Assembly: GCA_964498785.1 (NCBI GenBank)
Contig: CAZCJL010000008.1
Span: 33,032 to 97,031 of the forward strand
Reading direction: 5' to 3'
Origin: an uncultured Cytophagia bacterium
GTDB lineage: Bacteria > Zhuqueibacterota > Zhuqueibacteria > Thermofontimicrobiales > Thiofontviventaceae
Length of the DNA: 64,000 nt
Position 1 is the stretch's first letter. Each line of letters starts with the position of its first letter. Both the position numbers and the translations under genes were made by a program. A model generated the notes under the pieces. It was not told the origin of the DNA. It searched no databases and saw only the letters and a program-made list of their open reading frames with translations. This document shows positions 52,672 through 62,414 of this stretch, piece by piece.

Positions 52672-52722
52672 ATATAGGAGTCATCAGCATGTTATGCGGT
52701 CACAGGTGGACTCCATCACCTC
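52672..52722 (-). ncRNA. Fluoride (crcB) riboswitch
   Basis: Minus strand GGTGATGGAGTCCACC-TGTGACCGC..GC-TGATGACTCCTA fits the crcB-motif pattern (P1 GGTG/CACC, pseudoknot GGAGT/ACTCC); directly upstream of crcB. Confidence 0.88.
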
Positions 52723-52792
52723 AATTTTTTATCATTTTAAAATAGCAAAATTATGAAGCACACGAATGGCATAATTATCATGACATGAGAAA

Positions 52793-54040
52793 TTACTCCG
52801 CCATATTACGTGCATTTAATTTCCGTTTGTTTCTTTCTCGCCGATGAATCAACTCGTCTTTGTACTGTTTTAATTTTAGGCTTTTCCCCAATTCTTCAGC
52901 AAGATCCAGCGCACTGATTGCATTATTCACCAGATCTATCGCTTTTTGGTAATCCTGCTGTTGGTGTTCATAATATTTCGCAAGTTCCGCATACGGTTCG
53001 ATTTCGACGTATCCGGCAGAAATCATGTCTTCCCACATTTGGACGGCGTTTTCCCATTTCTGCAGTTTTTTATAACAGCGACCGAGCCTGCCAGCCAGAT
53101 GATTTGTTCGTTGTTTATCCGTAATGTTTGCTAATAAGAATTTATAAATTTCAATACTTCGCTGCCATTCGTTCATATTTTCCAATGAATGCGCCAGACT
53201 CGCCAGGTCATTATGATGTGTCAGAAATTTTTGCGGGTCAGAATAAATAAACATACTTTGAATAAACAGTGCCGCCAGCGATAGAATATCCCATTCATTA
53301 TGTCGGATAATTGGTAACAGTGGAGCAACATTTTTTTCCCGTAAATATTGAAAATAGATTGATGGTATTTGAAATCCGGGAATATCCTCATGCCGGAAAA
53401 AATCAAGTACATATCGTTCAATGTTACCAAGACTGCAATCCGTTAACCGGTGTCGCCAAATCCTTCGCGCCGTATGAACAAGGTCCAAATGCGGTGGCTT
53501 GTTCAACGCCGGTTCCAGTCGTGAAAAAACAAACCGGCTTTCTATTAAATGCCAGTCAAAACTTTTACCATTATAAGAAACAAGACCGGTGAATTGTTTG
53601 AACAACTCATTTATCGCATATAAAAACGCTAATTCTTCATTATAATCGCGCAGCAGAAATTGTTTGACAACAAATCCACTTTCAGCAAAATAACCAAAGC
53701 CGGCCAGGAAAATATAAGTACCGGCGCCACTCGATAGCCCGGTTGTTTCTGTATCAAAAAATAGCGTTTGCTCAAGTTGAACAGATTTAAGCCGTTCGTC
53801 CTTTCCCACCAACGCCAGCAATTCGAGATCGACATTCTCGATTGCGTTTAAAGTAACGGCTCCGTGCCTGTAGTCGTGTCTAAAAGTTTTAGTTATTACA
53901 AAACATTTTCCAAAAGGAGTTGGCTGAAATTCCCCGTCAAAATAATTGCTGAAGTTGACTTTATGGGGGCTTTTCGCAGGTCGATTCTCTGTTACCTTTG
54001 GTATTGATTCAATGAATTTTAATTTATCTCTCAGATTCAT
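52793..54040 (-). CDS. YprB/MrfB-like RNase H-fold (DEDD) exonuclease with C-terminal TPR
   Basis: FFDTETTGL, SYNGKSFD, HLDL..ARR, HNEWD, ELAKYYEH. Confidence 0.88.
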   Translation of the reverse strand: MNLRDKLKFIESIPKVTENRPAKSPHKVNFSNYFDGEFQPTPFGKCFVITKTFRHDYRHGAVTLNAIENVDLELLALVGKDERLKSVQLEQTLFFDTETTGLSSGAGTYIFLAGFGYFAESGFVVKQFLLRDYNEELAFLYAINELFKQFTGLVSYNGKSFDWHLIESRFVFSRLEPALNKPPHLDLVHTARRIWRHRLTDCSLGNIERYVLDFFRHEDIPGFQIPSIYFQYLREKNVAPLLPIIRHNEWDILSLAALFIQSMFIYSDPQKFLTHHNDLASLAHSLENMNEWQRSIEIYKFLLANITDKQRTNHLAGRLGRCYKKLQKWENAVQMWEDMISAGYVEIEPYAELAKYYEHQQQDYQKAIDLVNNAISALDLAEELGKSLKLKQYKDELIHRRERNKRKLNARNMAE

Positions 54041-54157
54041 GCTCTAAATATACATAAGTTATTTACAAAAGTAAATAAAAAATACTTGTAATTGTTTCAC
54101 AGTTATATTATATTTTAATACCTCGAAATATGAAAATAATGTACATTAGCTTGTGAT

Positions 54158-54496
54158 GTGGAAATGCGATCTTTTCTTATAATCATAATACTACTATTAT
54201 TAATGCTGAATTGTTCAGCTTCTCCTGAAAAGAAGAAGACGATTGACAGTGACACATTTGTGCAACTTTATTGCGATGTAGTCGCCCGTTATGATATTCT
54301 GGCCAGAGATAAACGAAAAGCATTTGTGGATAGCACTTTTCAGCACTATGATGTATCTCGGGATGTTTTCGAAAATACGGTTGAAAGATACAGCACGGAT
54401 CCGGAATCCTGGGAAAAAATCTTCGATAAAATCGTCACTGAATTGGAAAAAAGAGCAGAAGCTATATCAGATTCTTCTAATCAAACAATTAAATAA
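54158..54496 (+). CDS. Small lipoprotein (DUF4296-like)
   Basis: Lipobox-like LMLNC; helical F..YDVS..F..T..Y..W..I pattern. Confidence 0.6.
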   Translation: MEMRSFLIIIILLLLMLNCSASPEKKKTIDSDTFVQLYCDVVARYDILARDKRKAFVDSTFQHYDVSRDVFENTVERYSTDPESWEKIFDKIVTELEKRAEAISDSSNQTIK

Positions 54497-54497
54497 A

Positions 54498-54986
54498 TTG
54501 ATATTGAAAAAATCAAAATCACTCTACATGTCAATTTTGTTTTTTGCCCTCCTCTGGTGCGTGCTCATCATCGCCGCACCGCTGTTATCATGTCATCAAA
54601 TGATACTATCATCCGGAACGATCTACTATTTTTTTTCAAAAATTTGCCACCAGATTCCGGATCGATCCTTCATGGTTTGTGATAAACAATTTGCGGTATG
54701 TTCACGATGCACCGGAATCTATACTGGTTTTTTATTCGGCATAATTCTTTTCCCGCTAATAAAAATCTTTAAAAAAGATTTTCTTCTGTCTTATACATTT
54801 TTTCTGATTATGATAATACCGCTAATTATAGATGTACTTATCTCATTTTCTGGTTTTTGGCAAAACACGTTCTTTTCCCGATACATCACTGGTCTAATTT
54901 CAGGGTGTTTTACGGCGTTACTGGTCTTTCCGGGATTTTATAATTTCTATGAAAAAATGGAGGTAAAACATGAATACAAAACCTGA
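54498..54986 (+). CDS. DUF2085 membrane protein
   Basis: ICHQIPDRSF..AVCSRCTGIYTG. The true start is probably 54498 (TTG) or 54528 (ATG), not 54291. Confidence 0.85.
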   Translation: MILKKSKSLYMSILFFALLWCVLIIAAPLLSCHQMILSSGTIYYFFSKICHQIPDRSFMVCDKQFAVCSRCTGIYTGFLFGIILFPLIKIFKKDFLLSYTFFLIMIIPLIIDVLISFSGFWQNTFFSRYITGLISGCFTALLVFPGFYNFYEKMEVKHEYKT

Positions 54987-55428
54987 TAAATTTGTTCCAT
55001 CGATCATTGGCGGAGCTGTTATTGGAATACTTTCCACAGTTCCGGGACTTAACTTTATTAATTGTTTTTGCTGCGCCGGAATTATCATCGGGGGATTCGT
55101 TGCGGTTTATGTTTATAATAAAACGCTGGGCGAATATGAATTGACCTACAGCGACGGTGCACTCATCGGAATTTTCGCAGGAATCATTGGCGTTGTTTTT
55201 TCTGCAATATTAAACTCTATTTTTGGGGTGACAATGGATAAATTGTTGGAGCACTTAACGCAATTCTCGCAGGAAATTCCACCTGAAGCCCGGGAAATGT
55301 TGGAGCTTTTTCGGGAAAATCAAAGCGCGTTGTATATCCTGAATATCGCAATGAGCCTGGTCATCAACATTATATTTGGTTTACTGGGAGGAGTGTTAGG
55401 AGTTGCTATTTTGGGAAAGAAAATATGA
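54970..55428 (+). CDS. Hypothetical membrane protein (DUF5518-like)
   Basis: GGAGG RBS, four hydrophobic segments, NCFCC motif. Confidence 0.7.
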   Translation: MNTKPDKFVPSIIGGAVIGILSTVPGLNFINCFCCAGIIIGGFVAVYVYNKTLGEYELTYSDGALIGIFAGIIGVVFSAILNSIFGVTMDKLLEHLTQFSQEIPPEAREMLELFRENQSALYILNIAMSLVINIIFGLLGGVLGVAILGKKI

Positions 55429-56114
55429 AAGAATATCCGTCAAGAATAAAGGACTGGCCAGAGGATGAACGTCCGCGTGAGCGACTTATAAAATGGGGCG
55501 CCGATAAACTTACGGACACAGAACTTCTGGCAATATTACTACGAAGCGGCGGCATAGAGGATACGGCAATCGATCTGGCAAGACACCTGTTACAAAGATT
55601 CGACGGCTTTCGGGGCATTGATTCCAAATCAATCGCCGAGTTGTGTGAATTAAACGGGATCGGACCGGCAAAAGCAGCAATAATAAAAGCCGCGCTGGAA
55701 GTCGGGAAACGGGTATTTATTGAAAAATCAAAAGATAAAAGAAGTGTGGAATCCAGCAAAGATGCGTATTCACTGGTTGCTCCGTATATGCGTGACATCA
55801 ACCGCGAAGTTTTTAAAGTTCTGCTGCTCACGTCCAGAAATAAACTGATTACAGAGAAAACAGTTTTTGAGGGGAGTTTAGCTGAAAGTCTGGTCAATCC
55901 ACGCGAAATCATCAAAGAAGCGTTGAATGAAGCGGCCGCATCTGTGGTGTTTATCCATAATCACCCCAGCGGAAATCCGCATCCCAGTAATGAGGATAAA
56001 AAAATAACGTCGTTATTGCTAAATGCCTGCAATGTTGTCGGTATTAACGTGTTAGATCATATTATAATCGGCAAAGACAATTATTTTAGTTTTGCTGATC
56101 ACGGGTTACTTTAA
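55425..56114 (+). CDS. radC: RadC family JAB-domain protein
   Basis: ERPRERL, ELLAILL, GIGPAKA, HNHPSG..PS..D, LDHIII. Confidence 0.95.
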   Translation: MKEYPSRIKDWPEDERPRERLIKWGADKLTDTELLAILLRSGGIEDTAIDLARHLLQRFDGFRGIDSKSIAELCELNGIGPAKAAIIKAALEVGKRVFIEKSKDKRSVESSKDAYSLVAPYMRDINREVFKVLLLTSRNKLITEKTVFEGSLAESLVNPREIIKEALNEAAASVVFIHNHPSGNPHPSNEDKKITSLLLNACNVVGINVLDHIIIGKDNYFSFADHGLL

Positions 56115-56138
56115 CTGTTCCTACTTTAATGAAAGGAC

Positions 56139-56705
56139 TTACCTTTTCGCTGCCTGCTCGTTTTTAACACCTTTGACAAATCGGATCAGATAGACAATTC
56201 CGGAGAGTACCACAAAAAAAGCAGCAACGAGAGTTAATATTTTTTCAAGTTCAGGAATATGAATAATATAAGCGATAATCATCAGAGAGATAAAAAACAC
56301 CGTCCATTTGCCAAGCATATTTGAAGGGACGACAAATTTATAGCGCGCTGCCCATAACAGGCCGGCAATCAATATGAGAATGTCCCGACCGATAACTAAC
56401 GCAGCCGCCCAGATGGGAAAATCTCTGTGAAAAACCAGCACAATAATGACGGCGCCAACTGCCAATTTATCTGCCACAGGATCAAGAATTTTACCAACCT
56501 CTGAAATCTGGTTGAATTTTCTGGCAATTTTACCATCCAGAAAATCAGAAAGCACTCCCATAAAAATTAATACAAGTGCAAGATGTGAGCAAAGCGTGCT
56601 ATCTTGTAAAATAAGATAAATAATCGGCCCGATAAGTGAAATTCTGAAAACAGATAATAGATTTGGAATTGTCCAAATCCGCCAGGATCCTTTTTCTGAA
56701 TTCAT
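56139..56705 (-). CDS. CDP-alcohol phosphatidyltransferase (PgsA-like)
   Basis: TIPNLLSVFRI, SDFLDGKIAR..GKILDPVADK. Confidence 0.9.
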   Translation of the reverse strand: MNSEKGSWRIWTIPNLLSVFRISLIGPIIYLILQDSTLCSHLALVLIFMGVLSDFLDGKIARKFNQISEVGKILDPVADKLAVGAVIIVLVFHRDFPIWAAALVIGRDILILIAGLLWAARYKFVVPSNMLGKWTVFFISLMIIAYIIHIPELEKILTLVAAFFVVLSGIVYLIRFVKGVKNEQAAKR

Positions 56706-56738
56706 TGTATTCCTCTCAGATTCCCCTCTCTTTTGAAT

Positions 56739-57494
56739 TTATAACTCAATATTCCAGGAATTTAATTCCTGTAGAAATTTATAATTCGTTAAATCAAAGT
56801 GAACCGGAGTAATTGATATTTTATTATTTAAAACAGCCCGATCATCAACATCGTCATCCTTTTCCAATTCGACCTTTGTGCCTGTTAACCAATAATAAAC
56901 TTTATTATGAGGATCGATCCGTTTATCAAATTTTTCCTGATACAAGGCTTTCCCCTGTTTTGTTATTTCAATGCCTTTTATTTCTTGTTCTTTAACCGGC
57001 GGAACATTCACATTCAACAGCGTTCCCTCTGGCAGTCCTTTTTTGACCACCTTTTTGGCGAGATTAGCTGCAAACTTTGCCGCGAAGCGAAAGTCGGGTG
57101 ATTGGAAGGTTGCAAGTGAAATTGCGATAGAGGGAATCTTTAAAAAGATGCCTTCTGTTGCGGCAGAGACCGTTCCTGAGTACAAAATATTTATGCCTGT
57201 ATTCGCTCCCAGGTTTATTCCGGAAATAATAATATCTGGTTTGATATCGAGGGCCCAATAAGCCAGCTTCACACAATCAGCAGGAGTGCCGTTAACAGCA
57301 TACCCAAAATATTTTTCATTTTTACTGAAATTTGTCACCCGTAGCGGATCTGAAAGTGTAATTGCATGGCCAACAGCGCTTTTTTCACTGTCCGGAGCGA
57401 CGGCCGTTACCTGTCCGTGCTTTACCATTTCCTGGTACAGGGCATATAAACCCGGCGCCCCGATTCCGTCATCATTTGTAAGTAAAATTTTCAT
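56739..57494 (-). CDS. surE: 5'/3'-nucleotidase SurE
   Basis: ILLTNDDG, GTPADCV, SGINLGAN, YSGTVSAA. Confidence 0.96.
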   Translation of the reverse strand: MKILLTNDDGIGAPGLYALYQEMVKHGQVTAVAPDSEKSAVGHAITLSDPLRVTNFSKNEKYFGYAVNGTPADCVKLAYWALDIKPDIIISGINLGANTGINILYSGTVSAATEGIFLKIPSIAISLATFQSPDFRFAAKFAANLAKKVVKKGLPEGTLLNVNVPPVKEQEIKGIEITKQGKALYQEKFDKRIDPHNKVYYWLTGTKVELEKDDDVDDRAVLNNKISITPVHFDLTNYKFLQELNSWNIEL

Positions 57495-58333
57495 TTGTCG
57501 ACAAAAAATCCTAAAATATTTGTTAAAGTCATTTTTAAATCATGTCGTTTACTAATAACATCCAAAAAGCCGTGTTTAAGCAAAAATTCTGATCGTTGAA
57601 AACCTTCTGGCAAATCCTGCCCAATTGTTTGTTTAATCACCCGTGGTCCGGCGAATCCGATAAGTGCACCGGGTTCAGCGATGATGACATCTCCCAGCAT
57701 GGCATAACTTGCAGAAACACCACCAGTTGTAGGATCGGTGATAATCGAGATAAACGGCAGTCCGGCTTTCGATAATTTAGCCAGATAAGCCGATGTTTTC
57801 GCCATTTGCATCAGCGAAAGAGCACCCTCCTGCATTCTGGCGCCACCGGACGCCGAAAGCACAATAAGCGGCAGGTTCAATTCAATGGCTTTTTGTGTTG
57901 CACGCGCAATCTTTTCACCGACAACTGAGCCCATACTGCCACCAACGAATGAAAAATCCATAAGACAACCCACGACTTTAATACTGTTAATCTTTCCCAA
58001 CCCGGTTTGAACAGCTTCGTTTAATCCGCTTTTTTTAACTGCATCTTTCAATTGATCTGTGTACTTTCTGGTGCCTTTAAATTTCAGGTGATCCACAGAT
58101 TGCATATTGTCGTTAAAAGCTTCAAACTCGCCCATATCAAACAAAATTTTGATGTAATTACTACTGCGAATTCTGAAATGATAATCGCATTTCATGCAAA
58201 CGTACAAGTTTTTGTCCAGTTCTTTCTTATAAATAATTTCACCGCACCCCTGGCACTTTAACCAAAGCCCATCTGGTAAATCTTTTTTTTGCTGAGTTGC
58301 AAGTTTGCTTTTATCTCTTTTAAACCAATCCAT
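57491..58333 (-). CDS. accD: Acetyl-CoA carboxylase carboxyltransferase beta subunit
   Basis: LWLKC..C zinc finger, GGSMGSVVGEK, SGGARMQEG, GFAGPRVI. Confidence 0.96.
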   Translation of the reverse strand: MDWFKRDKSKLATQQKKDLPDGLWLKCQGCGEIIYKKELDKNLYVCMKCDYHFRIRSSNYIKILFDMGEFEAFNDNMQSVDHLKFKGTRKYTDQLKDAVKKSGLNEAVQTGLGKINSIKVVGCLMDFSFVGGSMGSVVGEKIARATQKAIELNLPLIVLSASGGARMQEGALSLMQMAKTSAYLAKLSKAGLPFISIITDPTTGGVSASYAMLGDVIIAEPGALIGFAGPRVIKQTIGQDLPEGFQRSEFLLKHGFLDVISKRHDLKMTLTNILGFFVDK

Positions 58334-58374
58334 TCCATAATCTCCAACTGTGAAGTTATCGAATTATCATTATT

Positions 58375-58956
58375 TCAGATATACAACGATCTGTTTTTTG
58401 ATAGTTCTTTTGTCATCAGCAATGCATCTTCATCATTGTCAGCGTAATATTGAGAACAAATTCCAACCTTTTTAAATCCATACTTCTCATAAAGTGAAAT
58501 AGCAGCGATGTTTGATTTCCTCACTTCAAGATGTACATATCGAATTTCCTGGACAGACGCTATTTTTAACAAAATCCAAACCATTATGTTTCCCACACCA
58601 CAGCGGCGGTTAGAATTTTCAACTGCAAGATTATCAAGGTGAACTTCATCTAAGATCACCCTGCAAAATAAATAAGCAGCAATTTCCTGGTTAAATATAC
58701 CGGCCAGAGCCCAAAAATAAAAATTATCATCCAAATAAGACCGGAAAATTTGCTCTGTCCAGGGATCTCTAAAAATCTTCTGTTCTATAAGACTAATTTT
58801 CTTAACATCATCCTTTACAATATTTCGAATATAAAAAACAGTGTCATTGTTCAAAAAAAAGCGTATTCCCATTCTAAGCTGTTTTTTATAATGTAGGGAA
58901 CTAAAATCCGTTGAATGAAACGGAGTTTTATTTTGATTTTTAAGCGCTGCGTCCAC
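58375..58956 (-). CDS. rimI: Ribosomal-protein-alanine N-acetyltransferase RimI (GNAT)
   Basis: EVHLDNLAV..RRCGVG, LEVRKSNIAAISLYEKYGF, YY..EDALLM; start uncertain. Confidence 0.88.
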   Translation of the reverse strand: MDAALKNQNKTPFHSTDFSSLHYKKQLRMGIRFFLNNDTVFYIRNIVKDDVKKISLIEQKIFRDPWTEQIFRSYLDDNFYFWALAGIFNQEIAAYLFCRVILDEVHLDNLAVENSNRRCGVGNIMVWILLKIASVQEIRYVHLEVRKSNIAAISLYEKYGFKKVGICSQYYADNDEDALLMTKELSKNRSLYI

Positions 58957-59629
58957 CTTTTAATTTCACTTTAAACTCTTTTAAATAATATGGCTCCAAA
59001 GAATCGATTTCTTCTGTTTCCCTGCTCCTAATTTTTTCATATCCCAACCGGGCGATTGTTCCTCCGCTTAAGAGACAGGCATGTTCCGGCGCCACATTTA
59101 TCAGGTTTGTATCTGTATTCAATAAATAGCGATTAAAATCACGAATACCAACGTGAAGCATTAACGTTTGTTCCTTAATAAACTGCTCTATCTGGTTTAA
59201 ATCAATGAGTTGGTACTCACTCACTCTTTGTTGTCGAAAACCAATACTGCGATAGAACGCTGCATAAGCTTCATCCGCCTGTGCGCGAATTAGGGCGCAC
59301 ACCTGTCCCTGCCATAATATTGCCTGGCTGGCAAGAGCGTCCAGGGTATTAACAGCAACGACAGGCAACTGATTGGCAAAAGCCAATCCTTTTGCAGTGG
59401 ATAATCCAATCCGTAGTCCGGTAAACGATCCCGGGCCAATAGAAACTGCGATTGCATCCAAATTGTTCAGAGCAATATCCGCTTCTGTTAATACTGTATT
59501 AATTGCACCAATCAATTTCTCTGCATGAGCTCTTTTAAAATTTGAGCGAATTTCTGTAACTAAACGTTCATCTTCTGTAAAAGCAACACCACAAACATTC
59601 GTTGCTGTATCAATCCCTAAAATTTTCAC
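58940..59629 (-). CDS. tsaB: tRNA t6A biosynthesis protein TsaB
   Basis: ILGIDTAT, GPGSFTGLRIG, LEPYYL. Confidence 0.95.
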   Translation of the reverse strand: MKILGIDTATNVCGVAFTEDERLVTEIRSNFKRAHAEKLIGAINTVLTEADIALNNLDAIAVSIGPGSFTGLRIGLSTAKGLAFANQLPVVAVNTLDALASQAILWQGQVCALIRAQADEAYAAFYRSIGFRQQRVSEYQLIDLNQIEQFIKEQTLMLHVGIRDFNRYLLNTDTNLINVAPEHACLLSGGTIARLGYEKIRSRETEEIDSLEPYYLKEFKVKLKGGRSA

Positions 59630-60132
59630 AAGTTATCCCTTATTTTCTCTCCCCTGACTCCGTTAAAAAGAGCTGCCCAATTTCGTTTTTCCAGTTTACT
59701 GCCAATAATGTTAATTTTAATGTTACGACTGAATTCTTTTTCTTGTTCGAACATGTTTTCCATATATATTTCGATTCGACTCGCTGGCAAAAAATTTTGC
59801 ACCCGATCTGCCCATTCTATCAAACAAATCCCATTTCCATAAAAATATTCTTCATAGCCCAGACCATAAATTTCATCTTCAGAGCCAATACGATAGAAAT
59901 CGAAATGATAAATCATCTTTGAATTTGAATACTCATTTATCAGCGTAAATGTTGGGCTGGTCACAGGTTCGTGAACTCCGAGGCCACGACAAACTCCCTG
60001 AGTGAAACAGGTTTTCCCGCTCCCCATTTCACCGAATAATGCAATCACATCACCGTTTTCCAATACTTTTGCTATATGGGACGCGAACGCTAATGTTTCG
60101 TCGCTGCTATTTGTCACAATCTTATAAATCAT
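59626..60132 (-). CDS. tsaE: tRNA t6A biosynthesis ATPase TsaE
   Basis: GEMGSGKT, VTSPTFTLINEY, HFDFYR, IEWA. Confidence 0.95.
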   Translation of the reverse strand: MIYKIVTNSSDETLAFASHIAKVLENGDVIALFGEMGSGKTCFTQGVCRGLGVHEPVTSPTFTLINEYSNSKMIYHFDFYRIGSEDEIYGLGYEEYFYGNGICLIEWADRVQNFLPASRIEIYMENMFEQEKEFSRNIKINIIGSKLEKRNWAALFNGVRGEKIRDNL

Positions 60133-61688
60133 TTTGGTTCCAGTTTAATCACAGGCAAAATCATCTCTTCCATGGAAACCCCACCGTGCTGGAGGCTATC
60201 TTTATAATAATTCAAATAGTGATTATAATCCGTGGGATACACGAAATAAAAATCTTCTTTGGCAATCAGATAATTCGTATTCATACTATGTTCAGGAAGT
60301 TTATAATATTTGGGATTTGAAATATTTATTGCATGCTTCGAGTCACATTTAATATTCTTCCCATATTTATATCTCAAACTTGTGGATGTTTCCCTGTCTC
60401 CTAAAACCTTTACATCGTGCCGACTTCTAATACTACCATGATCTGAAGTTAAAATCACTGTATTTCCCAATTCAGAAAGCTTTTTAAGAATCTTAAAAAC
60501 CTCAGAATGTTCGAACCATGATTTAGTTAACGATCGATATGCTGCTTCGTCTGGTGTAATTTCCCGTAAGACCTGCGAGTCGCTGCGGCTATGCGCTAAA
60601 AAATCAACAAAATTTACAACAAGCGCGACCAGCGGTAGTTTTGAATACGATACAATATTCTTGGTGGCGTTTTTCGCACGTTTCATGTCGAGAATTTTGA
60701 TATATTTAAACTCCGGTTTAATTACAACATGCAGGCGCTTTAATTGCTCTTTCATCAATACATCTTCATAGCGATTATGGCTGCTTTCATTTTCAGAGCC
60801 GGATGTCCAGAATTGGTTGAAATGTTCTTCAATTTCCCCGGGAAACATTCCTGCGAAAATGGAATTTCTGGAATAGGGCGTTGCTGTAGGTAAAATGGAG
60901 TAATAATATTCTTTTGAAATATCAAAATACGGATAGAGTAGCGATTCTATGGAGCGCCACTGATCTGCTCGCAAATTATCGATGATAATGAAAAAGATCC
61001 GTTTTTCTTGTTTTATCAACGGAATTATATACCGAGACACGATATCTGTTGAGAGAACCGGTCGGTTGCCATTATCGATCCAATGTTTATAATTTTTTTC
61101 AATAAACTTGCCAAATTCAATATTACAATCCCGTTTCTGGGCAAGCAGCGTTTGTCGAAGGCCCAAATCAGGATGCTCATCAAGCTCCACCTCCCAGTCG
61201 GTTAGCCGCACATAAAGCTGAATCCATTCATCCCAACTTAGCGGAGAAAGCAAAGCCTGTGTGATTTTATTGAATTCTACTGTATAATCACGAGAGATTC
61301 TTTCACCTTCGATTTTTTTACTTTCCAATATTTTTTTACAAGACAGAAAAATTTGTGACGGATTGACCGGTTTCGTCAGATAATCGGCGATTCTACCGCC
61401 AAGCGCCTCATTCATAATCATTTCTTCTTCGCTTTTCGTGATCATAATAATCGGAAGAAACAGATTGATATCCTTTATTTTGCTCAATGCGGTTAAGCCG
61501 TCCATCCCGTTGAGCATTTCATCCAGTAAAATCAGATCATATTTATTTTCATGGATAAGAGACAGCGCATCCTCGGCATTCGTCACCGGCGTTATCTCAT
61601 AGCCTCGTTCTTCTAAAAATATGATGTGTGGACGCAGCAGTTCAATTTCATCGTCCACCCATAATATTTTCCTTTTTGATAAAATCAT
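60129..61688 (-). CDS. porX: PorX-like response regulator with PglZ/alkaline-phosphatase domain
   Basis: ILWVDDEIELLRPHI receiver domain, IDNLRADQW, SILPTATPYSRN, TSDHG, QHGGVSMEEM. Confidence 0.88.
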   Translation of the reverse strand: MILSKRKILWVDDEIELLRPHIIFLEERGYEITPVTNAEDALSLIHENKYDLILLDEMLNGMDGLTALSKIKDINLFLPIIMITKSEEEMIMNEALGGRIADYLTKPVNPSQIFLSCKKILESKKIEGERISRDYTVEFNKITQALLSPLSWDEWIQLYVRLTDWEVELDEHPDLGLRQTLLAQKRDCNIEFGKFIEKNYKHWIDNGNRPVLSTDIVSRYIIPLIKQEKRIFFIIIDNLRADQWRSIESLLYPYFDISKEYYYSILPTATPYSRNSIFAGMFPGEIEEHFNQFWTSGSENESSHNRYEDVLMKEQLKRLHVVIKPEFKYIKILDMKRAKNATKNIVSYSKLPLVALVVNFVDFLAHSRSDSQVLREITPDEAAYRSLTKSWFEHSEVFKILKKLSELGNTVILTSDHGSIRSRHDVKVLGDRETSTSLRYKYGKNIKCDSKHAINISNPKYYKLPEHSMNTNYLIAKEDFYFVYPTDYNHYLNYYKDSLQHGGVSMEEMILPVIKLEPK

Positions 61689-61767
61689 TTATATCATACC
61701 ATTTTATTTTAAACATAAAAAATAATCATTTTCTAAACCATTGTCAACACATTTTTGAACAACACAT

Positions 61768-62190
61768 TCACTCTTCTTCAAAGTCGCGGATTTTTGTAAC
61801 AAATTCACCCGGGACTTTGCTCACCTTCATTTTTTTATAATCGTAAGCCACCATCCGCGTCGATCCGGTGGCGATAATGGTATCACACTTTTCACGGATC
61901 ATGATGTAATCCATGTCAAATCGTATTTGTTCTAAATCGTGGACACGAACGCCGACTTTCATGACATCACCTAAAAACGCCTGTGCTTTATACTTAACGC
62001 GCGCCTCACTCATAATCAGTCCCGCGCCGTTACCAATATTAACTTCGCTGAAACCAAATTCACTTAAATAGCGAATGCGCGCATCGTGAAAAAACGTCAA
62101 ATAGCGGTCATTGCCAACATGTCCCCCATAATTCAGGTCACTCACCCTGACTTCTATTTCCGTAAAAAATTTGAAATTGTCTTTGTTCAT
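61768..62190 (-). CDS. Acyl-CoA thioesterase (4HBT/YbgC-like hotdog fold)
   Basis: VRVSDLNYGGHVGND..ARIRYL. Confidence 0.88.
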   Translation of the reverse strand: MNKDNFKFFTEIEVRVSDLNYGGHVGNDRYLTFFHDARIRYLSEFGFSEVNIGNGAGLIMSEARVKYKAQAFLGDVMKVGVRVHDLEQIRFDMDYIMIREKCDTIIATGSTRMVAYDYKKMKVSKVPGEFVTKIRDFEEE

Positions 62191-62214
62191 ATTCGTCTAT
62201 TCATTTTAAAAAAA

Positions 62215-62414
62215 AGATTTCCGAAGTTTTGAAAACTTCGGAAATCTGGTCTCTTTCGATGCACCCGGAGAAAAATTCCTTTAGAACCTGTCCAGGAACT
62301 TTGATATCATCGGAAAAACCCTTGCGAAGGTTTCGCGATAACACAGTAGATAAATAATTAGATGAATATGTATCAATAAACAGCTTGCCCGTTTTGAAAA
62401 ACCTTCGCAAGGGT
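62215..62414. repeat. REP/MITE-like palindrome cluster
   Basis: Perfect 16-bp palindrome AGATTTCCGAAGTTTT-G-AAAACTTCGGAAATCT (62215-62247), plus the 16-bp inverted pair ACCCTTGCGAAGGTTT (62318-62333) / AAACCTTCGCAAGGGT (62399-62414). Confidence 0.75.

Noticed and set aside
54291-54497. N-terminal extension of the DUF2085 ORF
   Set aside because: It overlaps the upstream lipoprotein gene in another frame; the real start is likely 54498 or 54528.
55425-56114. radC as a marker of a mobile element
   Set aside because: It is the full-length chromosomal type with N-terminal HhH region, among housekeeping genes.
60129-61688. PglZ domain suggesting a BREX defence system
   Set aside because: It is fused to a receiver domain (PorX type) and no brxC/pglX genes are present.
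62201-62410. 69-aa minus-strand ORF
   Set aside because: It runs through the palindromic repeat cluster and has no recognisable motif; likely spurious.
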